This document shows positions 38,717-53,559 of a stretch of DNA of 64,000 nucleotides, in pieces. Numbering within the stretch: the stretch's first letter is position 1; each line of letters starts with the position of its first letter. The stretch comes from Antedon mediterranea (lineage: Eukaryota; Animalia; Echinodermata): assembly GCF_964355755.1 (NCBI RefSeq), contig NC_092676.1:20788871-20852870 (forward strand). The letters run 5' to 3'. Position numbers and translations under genes: made by a program. The notes under the pieces are model-generated. The model saw nothing but the letters and a program-made list of their open reading frames with translations, was not told the DNA's origin and made no database searches.

Positions 38717-41715
38717 TGTAACTTCCTGCAAGGTGATAACGAAGTAAAAATAATCCTCTAAAGGTGATGACAACCTTTTGAAAAATAGATTTTAGCAGTA
38801 ATAATATTTTACGGCAGTGCAAAATTAAGCGAAATCGCGGAGGAAATAAATCCTTAACATAGACCTTAACCGACAGCCTGTTGTGTGTTCACTAAACCGT
38901 GAAAATGCGTTTCTGGTAGAAACTACATTACCAATTGCATTATGGAACAATTTACCGTATATCGTATGTTATGTATGCATTTTATTTGTTCAAACAACAT
39001 AGTAGAATACAGTTAGAAACAGGAAACAACAAAATAATGTTCAAAATAATTAAATGCGTAATAAAGCTTGGTTCTCAGTAGAGACGCAATGCGAAGACGC
39101 AGATTCTACGCAGGTTTTGCACAGAGAGCAAATAAATGGTACATTATACATTCTATAATCTAATAACCACCAGAAGAAAATTTCTCTCCACACACTGATC
39201 TTCCACGAAAAGCAGAAAACTGAAATAGATTACAATATTTATGTAACATCTGAATTATAGGCCTATATGTAACCTATATAAACACATTAGGCATAGAAAG
39301 TTATTTCTAAACCGCCTGGTGATATACTGAAATTTAAGTAATTAATTTAAAACGATAAGATGAGGAGAATGAAAAAAAGTCGCCTCAACAACCGACATAT
39401 AAAATGCCCTTCAATTCAGTTATGCTTTTCTGTTTTTTCTACAATCCAGATGCAACTTTTAAATATTTATTTTATCTTACCTTACTGTTGTTTAAATTAG
39501 AATGTTCCCTTCGATTGTTGCATGTTTGAAGTTTAATGAGTGAGGCAAACCAAAATTGATCGATCTGAGCCCATTGATGGTATCAAATTCTTGGAAAGAA
39601 GACTTCGATTTGGTTGTTCTCATGGTCCGTTCATACACTGATCGACAAAACTCAAAGAATAACAGTAAATGCTTTATTTTATATAGTTGCTTGACATTAA
39701 TTATGCATGAGATGTTTTCGGATCGATCTGAGCCCATTGACAGTATAATATTCTCGGAAAAAAAATATCGATTTGGTTCCCTTGGTCCGTACACACACGG
39801 ATCTTCGAGAAAACGCCACAAACCCCCCAGTTTTTACTATACAGTAGGCCTACTATAACTTTATATAGTTTCATCATGACATGCAATATTTATAGAGTTA
39901 TATAATACATGATATTAGTAGATCTTATTCCATTTTGTATCACAGATTTGATTCCTATGTTCCGTTAGTTTTATTTAAACTATGTATTTTCCGCCTTCTT
40001 ATTGTTCCTGTTCTCCTTGAAGTAACATGAATGATCGATTCAAGACAAAAATAAACACTTAAGTGCGCTCAAATTCAAGTAGTCGCTAGACTGTGCCCTG
40101 TAATTATATCAGTAGGCCTAGCTCTTTTTTAAATGTTGTTGATATTTTATACATATGTAGGCTATCCAAAGAGTTATACAATGCATGGGATTGATCGATC
40201 TGAGCCTATTGTATATAATCAGATTGTTAAAGGCGAGATTAATCCATTTGTTATTGTATTATTCGAAAGCTCCCACTGGTGGTACGAGGCCTAAAGTTGC
40301 ATTTATCTTGAATCATATAGTATACACCTAAGTTAATTACTGTACCAAAAACATATCCACTTAAAACATGGGTTTTCAGGTTATTCTGCTCTTTCTGATA
40401 AAGTATAGCTAGTTCGTGCTAGTTCCTATAATAGAGCAGTTTACTAGTTTTTGCTATTACTTTGCCATTAGCTTTTCAGTTAGGAGCAGTTACTACAGTG
40501 GTTTTCTTGTTGTTTCTGGTTACTAGAGGCTTCTTTAGTTTTTTCCTGCTTGCTATATATACACCATATTCGTGGCTATATTCTGCTATCTATTGGCTGC
40601 ATAGATTTTGCTGTATTAAGCACTATAGTTTCTGTTTTAGTCACTTTTGCTATTTCGCCGCTTTTTAAGTATTGGATAGTAGCAGATAGCTTCTGCTATT
40701 TGACCCTCAGAATTGGGTATTACTTCATAGTTTCTGCTATTTCTTTCTTTATAAAATTTCTGCTGTTTGACCGTATAGCTATTATGGCTAGGCATATAAG
40801 TTACTACTGGCTTAACAATATCACTTTACATTTAAGAGCTGGTTTTTGCTATTTGACCGTTAGAATTGGGTAATTACTGCATAGTTTCTGCTATTTTTTT
40901 CTTTAGGATTTCTAATTGTAACAGTTATTTGTCTTTTCAAGCTAAATCATAAATTTATGAAATAACTCCCAAATATGGGAGTGATATGATATCATCTTGT
41001 CAAATTTGTTTGTATCGCATAAAGTTTGACAGCGTACTACAATGTGGTTATTGCTATTGCTAAAAAGTTTAGAGGTAAAAAGTAGACATAATTATAGAAC
41101 ATAACAATTATTCTCTTAATATTGTTATTTCTCTAACAAAACACTTTTTTTCATGTTATGTATAGTTTTATTTGTTGTACAATGGTTTAATTGTTGTGTA
41201 TATAAGGTTCTATTTTAACTTTTTGTATTGTATGGACTGAGTGTACAATCCGTTTGGGCTTTGGCCTATTGTCACTCCTGGTTATTTTTTCGCGCCGCGG
41301 GTTTAGCTAGCCAGCTAAACCCCCCGAGGACATAATCAATAAGAAACTGTATCAACGCGAAAGCTATATATCTAAGGCAATTTTAATATTTTGTAAACTC
41401 GACTAATTGATAGGTCCAAGCTGCTGGACCCAAAAAACGTCTGGGAAAAGAGAGTCTATGAGGGCTCACTGTTGAACGATTTTGGATTCTCACCCTTTGA
41501 TTGGTTGACGCGAATTAACAGACTGCGGAAGAAATTTCTCACGTGTGCCGTTGTCTCTGAGGACTGCTGCATGCATGTCCTGTTGTGCGTCCTGGTGGTA
41601 TGTCCAACGCACGTCGGGAAAATGATGTATTGAAATTCTTTGAATTAGGTTTTAATAAACATGTAATATCATATTTGATTGAATGTTACAATGTTGATAT
41701 ACAAAATATATTACT

Positions 41716-42518
41716 AACAAGGCCAACAGCCATTAAGTCGCGTGCTACAATGCATAGTGATACCGGACCGACAGACAGACCGACAGACCGACAGACAGAC
41801 CGACAGACAGACAGACAGACCGACTGACCGACATAGTGAACTATACTGACCGAAATTACTGAACATGTTTAAAAATGTTGAAATGTTTAAAAACATTTAT
41901 TTTTTTTTAATTTACACGTGCGTAGCCTGTCACTTTCGACGTGCTCGTATAACGTAATTTCAAGTTGAAAAGTAAGTCAAGAAAACAGAAATCGGGCAAA
42001 AAGAGTGCGCAATAACATTTAACGCGCAGAGCGCGCGCAAAAATATGCGCACTCATGGCAATTTTGTAAACGCTTAAAATTGCCTGAAATGTACTCTTAT
42101 TTCATCGAAAATAAATTTTGAAAATGTTAAGCGCGCGTACGCATGCGTTACATGCGCTACGCACGTAATTGTATTGCCATATGATGATTTATGCCCTGAA
42201 ATTTATGAGTACCAAATTTTATTTAATTGTGATTCATGGTTGTGAAGATATGATTACAAACGTGATTTCGTTAAATCGTGCGTAGACCGCGTAATTTTGT
42301 ATTGCGCACCGTGAAAACATAACCACATTGATTCCTGGCCATAAGGAATATACTGTGAAAAAATGACCTAGCTAGATTAAACTGATATCAAGATAAGGTC
42401 AGAAAGCGATAAAACGCATAGTGATACCGGACCGACAGACAGACAGACCGACAGACAGACCGACAGACAGACCGACCGACCGACATAGTGAACTATAGAG
42501 TCGCTTCCACGCGACTAA
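41716..42518 (-). mobile_element. Helentron-associated non-autonomous element (HINE / DINE-1-like)
   Basis: SubTIRs agtcgcgtg (41736) and cacgcgact (42508), an adjacent short inverted repeat, and (GACA/GACC)n microsatellites. It is inserted in an A-run with no TSD relative to the empty site at about 10148. Confidence 0.78.
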
Positions 42519-43155
42519 AAACCGTAACTTTTAAAGTTCATACAATTGCCTACCGAGGGCGCAATTTATTTACTTCGTTCGTGGCTAAAAACGATTATTG
42601 TCGGCGATGTTTTGGACCCTATATTTCGAAAAGTCAGATTTTCATAATCCATTCTTTATTTTAATATTGATAGACAATATTAACAGGCAATGTATGCTAT
42701 TAACTTCTAATGTTGCATTGTTATCCCTACATAGCTAGGTAGTAGGTCTATATACTATATATACTAGTAGTATGTGTGTGAGCCGGGTCTTTAGGGAGTT
42801 AATGCTCCTACCCGGGAATATGTATATATACTGTAGTTTAGTTTATGATTATATTTTTTTCAGTAGGCCAGACTATATTTACACAAAAATGTTTACTACT
42901 GATTGTTAAACAAAAATAATAAATCATTATATCTGAAGAAAGAACAATCAAGCGGCGTTTTTTTGTAAGAAATATTTCTTGTTTATTGTATTATATATGA
43001 CGTGTATTATTATGTTATATAGTAGTACGGTAACCTAACCCTTTTAACCTAACCTTATATGATACAGACTTGTGCATGTCATTGCTCTTTAATAATAATA
43101 ATCAGGAGATATAATACAATATGAATTTAAAAGTTGGAAGCAGGATGTGCAGATA

Positions 43156-44045
43156 GTGAGCACACAATGAGCAAACATGGCCAGAAGAAAGGAATAAAGG
43201 AGAAATTGAGCACACAATGAGCAAACATGGCCAGGAGAAAGGAATAATGGAGATATTGAGCACATAATGAGAAAGATGGCCAGGAGAAAGGAATAATGGA
43301 GATATTGAGCACATAATGAGCAAACATGGCAAGGAGAAAGGAATAATGGAGAAATTGAGCACATAATGAGCAAACATGGCCAGGAGAAAGGAATAATGGA
43401 GATATTGAGCACATAATGAGAAAGATGGCCAGGAGAAAGGAATAATGGAGATATTGAGCACATAATGAGCAACCATGGCCAGGAGAAAGGAATAATGGAG
43501 ATATTGAGCCCATAATGAGAAAGATGGCCAGGAGAAAGGAATAATGGAGATATTGAGCACATAATGAGCAAACATGGCCAGGAGAAAGGAATAATGGAGA
43601 AATTGAGCACATAATGAGCAAACATGGCCAGGAGAAAGGAATAATGGAGAAATTGAGCACATAATGAGCAAACATGGCCAGGAGAAAGGAATAATGGAGA
43701 TATTGAGCACATAATGAGCAAACATGGCCAGGAGAAAGGAATAATGGAGATATTGAGCACATAATGAGCAAACATGGCCAGGAGAAAGGAATAATGGAGA
43801 TATTGAGCACATAATGAGCAAACATGGCAAGGAGAAAGGAATAATGGAGAAATTGAGCACATAATGAGCAAACATGGCCAGGAGAAAAGAATAATGGAGA
43901 TATTGAGCCCATAATGAGCAAACATGGCCTGGAGAAAGGAATAAAGGATATATTGAGCACATAATGAGCAAACATGGCCAGGAGAAAGGAATAATGGAGA
44001 AATTGAGCACATAATGAGCAAACATGGCCAGGAGAAAGGAATAAT
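43156..44045. repeat. 40-bp satellite array, about 22 units
   Basis: Same unit and same flanks as 10795-13168. Confidence 0.97.
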
Positions 44046-44354
44046 AATAATATCAATTTCTAATCAACTTTCTATGCGTTTCATGTTATTTTGAGCAGGT
44101 AAAAAATTCCCACACGCGCGAATTTTTTTTTTTTTTTTTTGAAAACAATTTTTTTCGCGTGATTTATGTTTTTTCAGCCTTTTCTAGTAATTTTACCAAC
44201 TTTTTGAACAATTTCGACTTAAAATTACGTCATACGGGCACATCGAATTGGATAATTTACGTTCTTTTTTTATGAAAAATTTAAACAGTCGTAGTTTCTA
44301 AACTAAACGGTAAAAGTTATTTTTATTATGTATTCTGAAAAGCCAGAAAAGTTA

Positions 44355-44390
44355 GCTAGCTTTCAGGCAACACTAGCCCTTCATCAGTGC
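44355..44390 (-). ncRNA. Degenerate minimal hammerhead motif (paralog of 13479-13514)
   Basis: Identical sequence: gctagctttcaggcaacactagcccttcatcagtgc. Confidence 0.5.
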
Positions 44391-44632
44391 AAGTAAAGGA
44401 ATTTGGATAACGTCATGGCATAAGAACTGGCAAGTGCTGCCTGGGTGGACATGAATAAAAGAAATACAACAAAAGGTAATATATAATTATATATTCTAAT
44501 ATATAATATTTAATTACTGTAATTTAAAATAAAGTAATTTCATTTTTTAATATAGTTGTCCAACTAGCAATCCATCCAGTGGAAGTAATAGCAGTGGTAA
44601 TGGTTCTAAACAGTAAGTAAACACTAGTTTGC

Positions 44633-47600
44633 ATTTTCCAAGATGGCTACCAAAATCCAAGATGGCCGCCAGAAAAAAGGAAATGCCATGTAAAAGGCTG
44701 TAAAACTCGTAAATCAACAAATGGGGTGTAAATTTAAGGGTTTCTGGGGTCAATGAAACAGATGCTGGTTATGCCATATTGCTCAGACCACCTATTTCCA
44801 AGATGGCGGCCAAATTTCAAAATGGCCGCTAAAAAAGGGAAATGAACAAATGAGGTATTAATTCAGGGGTTTCTTGGGTCACCAAAACAGATGCTGGTCA
44901 AACTATTTTGCTCAGGTCACCCATTTCCAAAATGGCGGCCAAATTTCAAAATGGCTTCCAAAAAAACCCCCAAAATTTTGTGTAGGCATATGTGGGTTAA
45001 AAATCAGAAATTAACCAAAACAATGTATGAAAAAGGTTTACTTGGCTCGACTTGTTAATGGTTATTGGACTTATATAATAGCTACATTACAGTTTACAGT
45101 TAATTACAGTTGATTTACCCTATTTGGATGAACATGTGCACCGGCAAAGAGATGTGCAAGGCAGATTTGCCTTGCTGCATTTGCAGACTGTACAGGCCTT
45201 TTTGCAGCCACATTTCACAAAGTCTCTGCAAGCTTTAGATGCCTCTGGAATGGTAGACCAGACAGGTTCCCATGAGTTCCCAACTTTCACTCATGCATAG
45301 TCGGTTGGACACGGATTTGTTTGTTGAGATAACATGCATGTTGTCCAGATGCCAGCTTGGTATACGGCCCTCCTAGTGTGCTGGAGTAGTGCATTCTGAG
45401 TAGGTGGTATCTTGTCAACAGCTTGCCGTTTCTGGCTGAACAGTTCCATCCGAGCACTGTTAACATTCATGGCGTTACTTGTTTTGTCATAAACTACGAC
45501 AACTAGTCTCTCAGAATGTAAGTGAAGATGCTCAAACGGATGTGCGGCAAGATGAAGAAAGGAGGCATCCGTATCTTCGTCATAAGCATTCCATGCCTGC
45601 CAAAACGATTTCTTCCCTTTACCTCTAAACGCTGAGGTAGTATCACATCCTGACAGGGAGTGGAACATTGGCAGGGAACGTGATTTACGTTCACCGAGAT
45701 GTGCACAAATGGCGTTGATACTGTAATGAGTGTAGTTCTTTCCAGTTCCAAATGCTATCCAGAGATCAAGATCAGCATTTATCTGAGAGAGGTCATGAAA
45801 CACACCGATAAGAACAACGACAACATCTGTATCCACAGTTTGCACCTGGATGGATTTTGCTCCATTTTCCAACGCGTGTTTCACGTGAACCACAATCCTA
45901 GTGTCTGCTTCCTCTTGATTACAGCTGGACATTTTGAACTGCGTTCCAACATATGTAACATGCTCTCCAGCTGTGATATATACCGAACACTCAGGAGGGA
46001 TGCTGCAATCCGCAACTTTTGATGAAAGGAATTCAAAAAGTTCTTTCTTGTTGATTGGATCACGGAGGAAGTCATTCCAGTTGCCCGGCAGCTTGGTATC
46101 ACCTGATACTTGTCTAAGCACACCTTTGCCTCGTTTCTCTCTGGTTCCCTCCTTAAGGCTATCTGGTCGGTATTCGTCCCACACAACATCCACTCGCTTT
46201 GTGTCACGTAGCTGACGTTTCAGATGGGGTATAAACACGTTGTCAGCATATTCTTGGAATGTTGAGACATTTATTATAGGTAATGCATGTACTGTCACCG
46301 CACCATCCAGAACTTTGCAGTCATATAATACAGGTACCTCTGTGTGGTTTGATTCGATACATTGTAACAGATGACATTTGGTAACAGACAGATTAAGCTT
46401 TCCAAACTCAGACAGGGATGGAGGATACAACTGTACTTCGTGTGCAAAGAATTCACTGATGTCACCATCTCTATTTTTTAAGGAAATGTATAACTGGCCG
46501 AAGAGTGCCACATTGTTCTCAAGCACCTTTACTTTCTTGCAATCCTTTGATTTGACTTTGAGCTTTGTTGAGAGCAAGGGTGGTGAATTCTTTGAGATTG
46601 TATCATATATGGAACGACTACGATCCACGAGCACGGTCTTCACATGCTCTTGATACTTCTTTGTGCCTGTATCTTCTAGTGTACGGATTGTATCCACTAC
46701 TGCCTCATTCGCGCAGTTACGACTATCAAGAGTTACTAACTCAGGGAAGTCATCCAGGAAGGGATTTCCCATCTTGCGTATTGTGTTAGATAGACTATCA
46801 ACCTGTTGCCGGGAGGTTTTCTGTGCTGCAAGTCCCTGTTCATGGTGTTCAAAGTTAGCTGGGTTTTCCGGATCATTGTCATGAATATATTCATTCTCAT
46901 ACTGTCTCAGTCTGGCAAGCTCGGGTCCAGCAGTCATCCAGCGTCTGAAGGCAACTGGATTTTCTGTAAGTCCTACTACACCACCGAATGCTTTCACCAC
47001 TTTATTCTCTTGCTCATGCGCTTGGTCTATTGGAATCGCAGAGTATCTGTGTAACGACTTTGCGATTGTCCAGTGATTCCGAGTTTCAAATTCATATTTG
47101 ATATCTTGTGGCAATGCCTTCATGTCTCTAATGTGTACAGGCAGCCACCGAGAATAGTTCACATGATCTAACGCAAAGAACAATGGCACGAGTGCCTCTA
47201 ATACAGAAACATACAATAGGAAGTCTCTCTCCCGATGGGCTCTAACAAATATGCGAATCAGAATCTCATAGTGTGCGATCATGTTCCAGAACTTGAACGT
47301 GGGGGATTTCTTAGATAATTGTTCAAACTCTCATCAACATTAGATCTCTGGTTAAATGCTTCATTCAGTAGCCGCTGAAGAACAAGAACAGTGACTTGAT
47401 GGGCATGTCGAGTTCTGGTAATGTGTGATACTTTCAGGAATGAATCGACTGTTCCAGATGAAGCAACGTCAGATTCAGTGAGAGCCGTTGTCCAAACTGA
47501 CTCATCTAATAAATCGCCAACAGTGTTCCATAGCGCCTTCTCAATGTGCAGTCCGCCCATCATAACTACGTAGACTTTCTCACCATAGAGATCTGGCCAT

Positions 47601-48247
47601 TTCCATTTTTAAATTTGACCGTCATCTTGAAAATGAGTGACCTGAGCAAAATGGCTTGACCAGTATCTGTTTCAGTAACCTAGCTCAGATACCTCTGAAT
47701 TGACACCTTATTTGTTCATTTATGATTTTTACAGCCTTATATACAATATTTCCTTTTTTTGGCAGCCATTTTGAAATTTGGCCGCCATCTTGGAATTGGG
47801 TGACCTGAGCAAAATGGCTTGACCAGCATATATTACAGTGACCTCAGAAACTCCTGAATTGACACCTCATTTGTTAATTTCTGATTTTTACAGTCTGATA
47901 TATGACATTTGATTTTTTTGGCGGCCATTTTAAAAGTTGGCCGCCATCTTGGAAATTGGTGGTCTGAGCAACATGACATGACCAGCTTCTGTTTCAGTGA
48001 CCCCCAGAAACCCTGACATTGACACCCCATTTGTTGATTTATGAGTCTTACAGCCAGATATATGGCATTTCCTTTTTTCTGGCGGCCATCTTGGATTTTG
48101 GCCGCCCTTTAGGAAAATCGGACCCGATCAAGTGGGTTCCACGGATAAAATCAATAGATAGGTCAAAAGGAAACTCCATGCCAAATTTGGTACTTTTGTC
48201 CGGCCGGTAACGTTAATCCTGAAAATTGTTGCTAAGCCACCTGACTT
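44633..48247 (-). mobile_element. AcademX-type DNA transposon, copy 2
   Basis: Paralog of 13757-17363 with the same flanks. Confidence 0.8.
45120..47563 (-). pseudogene. AcademX transposase / XPG-like nuclease remnant with a 663-aa open frame (47282-45291)
   Basis: Same motifs as copy 1 but lacking its internal TAA. It shares the TGA before the Cys finger and the upstream frameshift. Confidence 0.85.
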
Positions 48248-48547
48248 TAATAGAAATATGTAGGGTGAAGGAAGTTAAGGTCTATGCCGGAACTAAGTTG
48301 ATGCAACCAAAGCAGGTTTGATTTCATGCAGATGGACAAGCACATATTATTGGAAGGGCCTTTTCTTACAATCCGTTTTGCTGCGTCGCTAGTGGGAACT
48401 ATGTTTAATTGAATCTTTAGATCCCCCCCCCCCCCCCACAAACAAAAGTGTTTCTACACATCACCAGGTATTCAGATTATTATTATTTCTATTTAAAAAA
48501 ATTATGTTTAGACTTGCATATACAATAGTAGTGGACTAGCTAAATAT

Positions 48548-51500
48548 ATGGAAAAGCAAAAAAAAGCAAAATCCTTATTACATGGTAAGAGACAAATTAC
48601 ATCTTGTGTATGTTTTTTAATGCTTTGTAAAGCTACGTGTTGTTAAAATAATGGAGTGGAGTTGTGGCTTGCTACGGTAGCTATCATGTCAATATTTTGT
48701 CTAATGACGATTTACAACTCCACTCTCAAAGACAGTTATTGCATACTAGTCACCACAAGGTTGTATTGTACTCAAAAACAACGTTTCTAATAATGATCTA
48801 TTTAGATATCCCGCCATTTTACTCAACATTGTAATTTTATACCCAATATTTTTACTGATAGACTGGGTATTCTGATTCTACATTAACATTTCATCTATAA
48901 TAACTCCCAGATATCTTATACTATCAACTTGTTCAATTTTGGTGGGCCCAATTTTAATATCCAGTTGGTTATTATCTACTGAACGACTGTTTCTGAGTAA
49001 CATGATCTTAGTTTTGTCTGTATTGATTGAGAGGTGATTTCTATTATACCATTCACTAACATTATTCATGATTATTGTAGAGAATCGTTTACAGACTTAG
49101 TTGAATTACCAGTAGTATACGCAACAACATCATCAGCAAAAATGCTGCAAGTTTTGCAATATGACCGATTACAGAAATTGGTCTGTAGTTGTTATATGTT
49201 TGTCTTGTGAAGGGGATTGCCACCTTTAAAGTGAATTAATTCGCTTATGGTTATCCTTGGCAATTTGCCTAAATATATACACAAAACAAACAAAACAAAT
49301 TTGAACGACGCCTTCCCGTTCCGTTTAATGCTTGATTCTCACTAAAGACGCAACACAAGGATGTAACGCGACATAAGTGAGTTGACCAATCACAAGCGAT
49401 GGATTATTCGAACTGTCGCTTGTCATTGGTCAACACGTTTGCGTTGCCTTTACGTTAGTGTGAACCAAGTTTAAGTGTGAATGTAACTTTTAATCATATA
49501 CTATTTTGTTTACAGTAATCAGACGTCGACGTGACATTCTGATATATGTCATAATAGCTTGTATACTGTCGTGTCTTACTATCTTGCTATTCGTAGAGAT
49601 TTCATACAGAATTGCTAGAAATCAATTTTACAGTGCGTCACGCACTATTATTATTATTCTACTTGCATTGTATCCAGTAAGTTTTACATTTTTCGTAAAT
49701 ACTATTTTTGTTTATCTTTGTTTTTTTTAATTTTGTATCTTTTATGTTGTGTTTATTGTTTTATGTTTTTTATGTAAAAAGGTCCTATAGTATCATACCA
49801 TTAGTAAACATTGGCATTCATTTAGTATTTTTGTTTTCTGAATTACTAACATTAATACAAAGTATTTACTTCTTAAATCGTAAATACTATTTATAAAATC
49901 AAGGAATAGCGAGAATATTTGCCCATATTCTTACATATCTTATACGTTCTGACTGCCCGAATAAAATAGTCCAGCTTGCATGGTGGGTGTGGTAGAAGGA
50001 AGTGCAATCTAATATTTTTCAAATTATTTAAAAGCGGATGTTGTGGTTTAGATCATAGAACAAAATATGATGTACATAAAAAAAAAAAGAAAAATAACTA
50101 TACCATTTTCAATTTGTAATTTGATCTCATTTTATCATTGAAGGAGTGTGTTCGGGAGTGACCAAGCTTTTAAAATAGATTATTACTTTTTATTATTTTT
50201 ATTAAATTTAATGGTGGGTAGAAGCGTTTGGGTAATGATGTTTTGTAGTAAATTTTGTTACAGTTATCTGGTTATATATTTTCCTACAGGTATCTAGCGT
50301 TACATCTTTCGTCGGGGTGATTATACCAAGAGCTTCATTGGTTGCTAACCTAACAGCATCTTTGTACGTAACAAAATTCATTTTCAAGATCTATAAACTT
50401 AATGTTTGGTGGTGGTAAACGCAGCCCTGTCATGATTTCCTGAAAATAATAAAGGCACACTAGTACTATATGCACACGTTTCTCACGTTACATATTAATG
50501 TTAACACTTTCTCTGACGTTTCAATTAGAATTGCGAATTAAATGGAAATACAATACTGACAGTATCGTCTTTAAGTTTTGTTACCACAATCGCAAACAAT
50601 TTGACCAATCACGACGCGATGGATCGTCGCTTCGTGATTGGTCAACTCACTTGCACTGCGCCGATGTCGTTGCGTTGCGTCCAAGTGGAAACCGAGCTTT
50701 ATGATTGATAGAATGTGTAGGCCTCATAGATATACTATAGTAATATATCTTTGGTAGGCACAGTGTTATGGTAATGAGATGAGTTATAGCACACCCACGC
50801 CTATTATATACAGACACAATGGGCCGAAATCCAACCAAACTGAGCGCTTCCCTGGTTGTCGTGGCCTAGCATCCGATTCCGAGATAAACAATGTTGTATT
50901 TTTGTCAGCATTGTATTGATTTATTGTATAATTATATAAAACGTTATAAAACATATGATTAATGTTTTGTATTCGTTAAAGAGAGAATTTAATTTACAGT
51001 CATTTAACGAGTTCATTGTTTCAACTCATTATTATATTATATTCTTCCCATTTAATTCATAGGCCTATACATTTAAACTGTTTTTGTTTATGCAGAATTT
51101 AAAATTGATTTAAATAATATTGAAAAGTCACAATAAACATTCTTTTTTTCAGTTACTATTGTATATGTCTTTACCTTTTTGTGGTTTTGGTAATTGACTA
51201 CTATAACGGTGTAGACTCAATGATTATTAAACTGAAGGATCGCCGAATTTCTCTAGCCAGGCCTCCGATTGCATGTTGTTGTGACTGCCTTCCAAAAATT
51301 AACATGACAAGGTAAACTGGAGTAGCATTCCTAAGTTGTATTGTATTGTTTTGTATTATAGGCCTACAAAATATAATAAAGTGTACAAAATAGGTTTTCT
51401 TGGAAAGATCTCATCGAAACTTTACTAAAGCAGCCCAGACTACATTGTGTAAAGTTAGTATGTGAAGCATTGTTTTTTTACATAAATATTATTACCTGCT

Positions 51501-53559
51501 ATTAACATTATTTTAACAGAAGTAATTTTCACAAACTTCGTCTTGGAATTCTTCAGAATGCAATTTCGATTGTAATATAAATAGTATTGGCTTTAAAATC
51601 TGGAGAAACAAAGTAAACTATTTTATTGTTTCCTGATCATATATATACAATATAAATGTCTCTCTTAACCTTTCGTATACAATTTAAAATATCATGCTCT
51701 TATCCATATACTTCTTCAGTAAAAACAAATCTTACTTGGGTCCTTTCCACTTTCTCTCTCCATTGGTTATAACATTGCACATAGGAATTTTGGAGTGTCA
51801 GCTGACTATATTTTCAAATTATTGAAGCATTTCATATTTGATACTTTTACTTTGTTTTTTTTTGTATCACCCGTAAACGCATAGATTTTCTACTCCGTAG
51901 ACCCTTTTTTTATTGTTTGTAGGCTTATACATGCATATTTTCTATACTTTGACATTTTATTTTTTAAATCATCATCACAAACATAATTATAGCTAAACAA
52001 CATTTAACACACAAACTTGAGCGAACAGTAAGTATAATATTTGCTGTTTTGTCTATTATTTCATAAACATGATAGGTTAACATTTATGTCCATTCCGTGA
52101 GATCCCTACATACTCTACATAATTGATATGAAATGATGCCATTATTCCCAAATATGGACACCCCTTGAATATCACGGCGATGGTAGTAGACTGGAGGGAT
52201 TGCTATACAGGTAGGTATCTGACGCGCGTGCGCATAGACTACCGTAGTATATGCGCCAACAACACCACATTTTTTGGTTTGTGTATTTTAATGTAAGCCT
52301 AAGTGTTCCCCGGTATCAAATTATTTTATTTCAACTTAAATATTTGCTTATTCTTTGGTTGTAATTGCCTTTTTGTATTAAAGATGTATTGTCCAGTTGG
52401 AAAAAATATGTATTTAAAAAAAAACATTATGCCATTTTAATGCCAAATAGGCCTAATACTATCCTATTCATTACATTCACTTTGACCGAAAATGTAAAGC
52501 AAAACATACTATTGTCTGTCAGACCGTGGTTTTTGCTAAATTTAACGATTTCATTTTGTCAGTATTAGGTAAGAGAATTATTTTTATTCGTTTTCTAAAG
52601 AAGTGTATAAATTTGGCCTATTCAAATCTGTTATGTTTTTAGAGGACAATACATATATCTTTAAGTATTATGTGCTGCCTCGCGGACAGTAAATAGGCCT
52701 CTGTTTGCCTATTCATTCATCAGTTATTTTACTTTTATTCCGGAAACGGATGTTCATAGTTACAAAATCAATTGCATAAATAAGGTTAAATAAAAAAGGC
52801 ACAAAAAAAAAACACCGGTATCAGATCATCTCAGGATCTCCATCATTTTGTTATGGAGCCTGGATGATTCAAATGATGATACCATAATACATTCTATCAT
52901 TTTTTCTATAAAAGCTAATTACAATATATGCCCATTGTACTAGTCTATATTACTTTTATTCATGAGTTTCGTGTTTTGTTTTTTTCTGTATGTGTTAGGT
53001 CATCATATTTTCAAATACAAATTCAGACCTCATAAAGGTATATATTATAAATATAGGTATACATTTCATTATTAATAAGTGTTTTCCGGCATCAAATTAT
53101 TTGTGTTGTGTTCCAGGATTTATAAAGCACCAATGTTATGAAACCTCTAAGGGCTGAAGAAAACACCATACATTATAGACCTTCATAATTATACAAAGTG
53201 ATAACATTTACACAAATCTCATTCCAAAATAATTATTTTACTTTTGAAATATCATTTTCACAGACGTTGACAACCCCAATAATTTGTATTTTCTAATTTA
53301 TATTTCAGCGATTTATAATATGCTTATCATTTATGAAACTTTTATTATGTTGCTACTCGGAAGGATATTCATATTCATTTGGCGAGAGAAAAAAAACAGC
53401 GATTCTGAAAGTAGTTTTGAATTATCAGAAAGTTTTTCTATAGTTGAAAGAAACATGTGCTGCAAACAAAAGGTCGAATCTTCAACGAGTGATGAAAACG
53501 CATCTGTAACAAATATACCAAAGGACGTTGTAGAGAACGAACTAAGTGTTAATTTATAG
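48548..53559 (+). pseudogene. OST-alpha-like pseudogene, copy 2
   Basis: Exons 49516-49676, 50290-50363 and 51153-51311 are intact. The exon at 51520 is cut at about 51562 by a deletion of about 400 bp. Only 52001-52027 remains of the next exon, with CGA>TGA. The last exon is 53309-53559. Confidence 0.85.
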
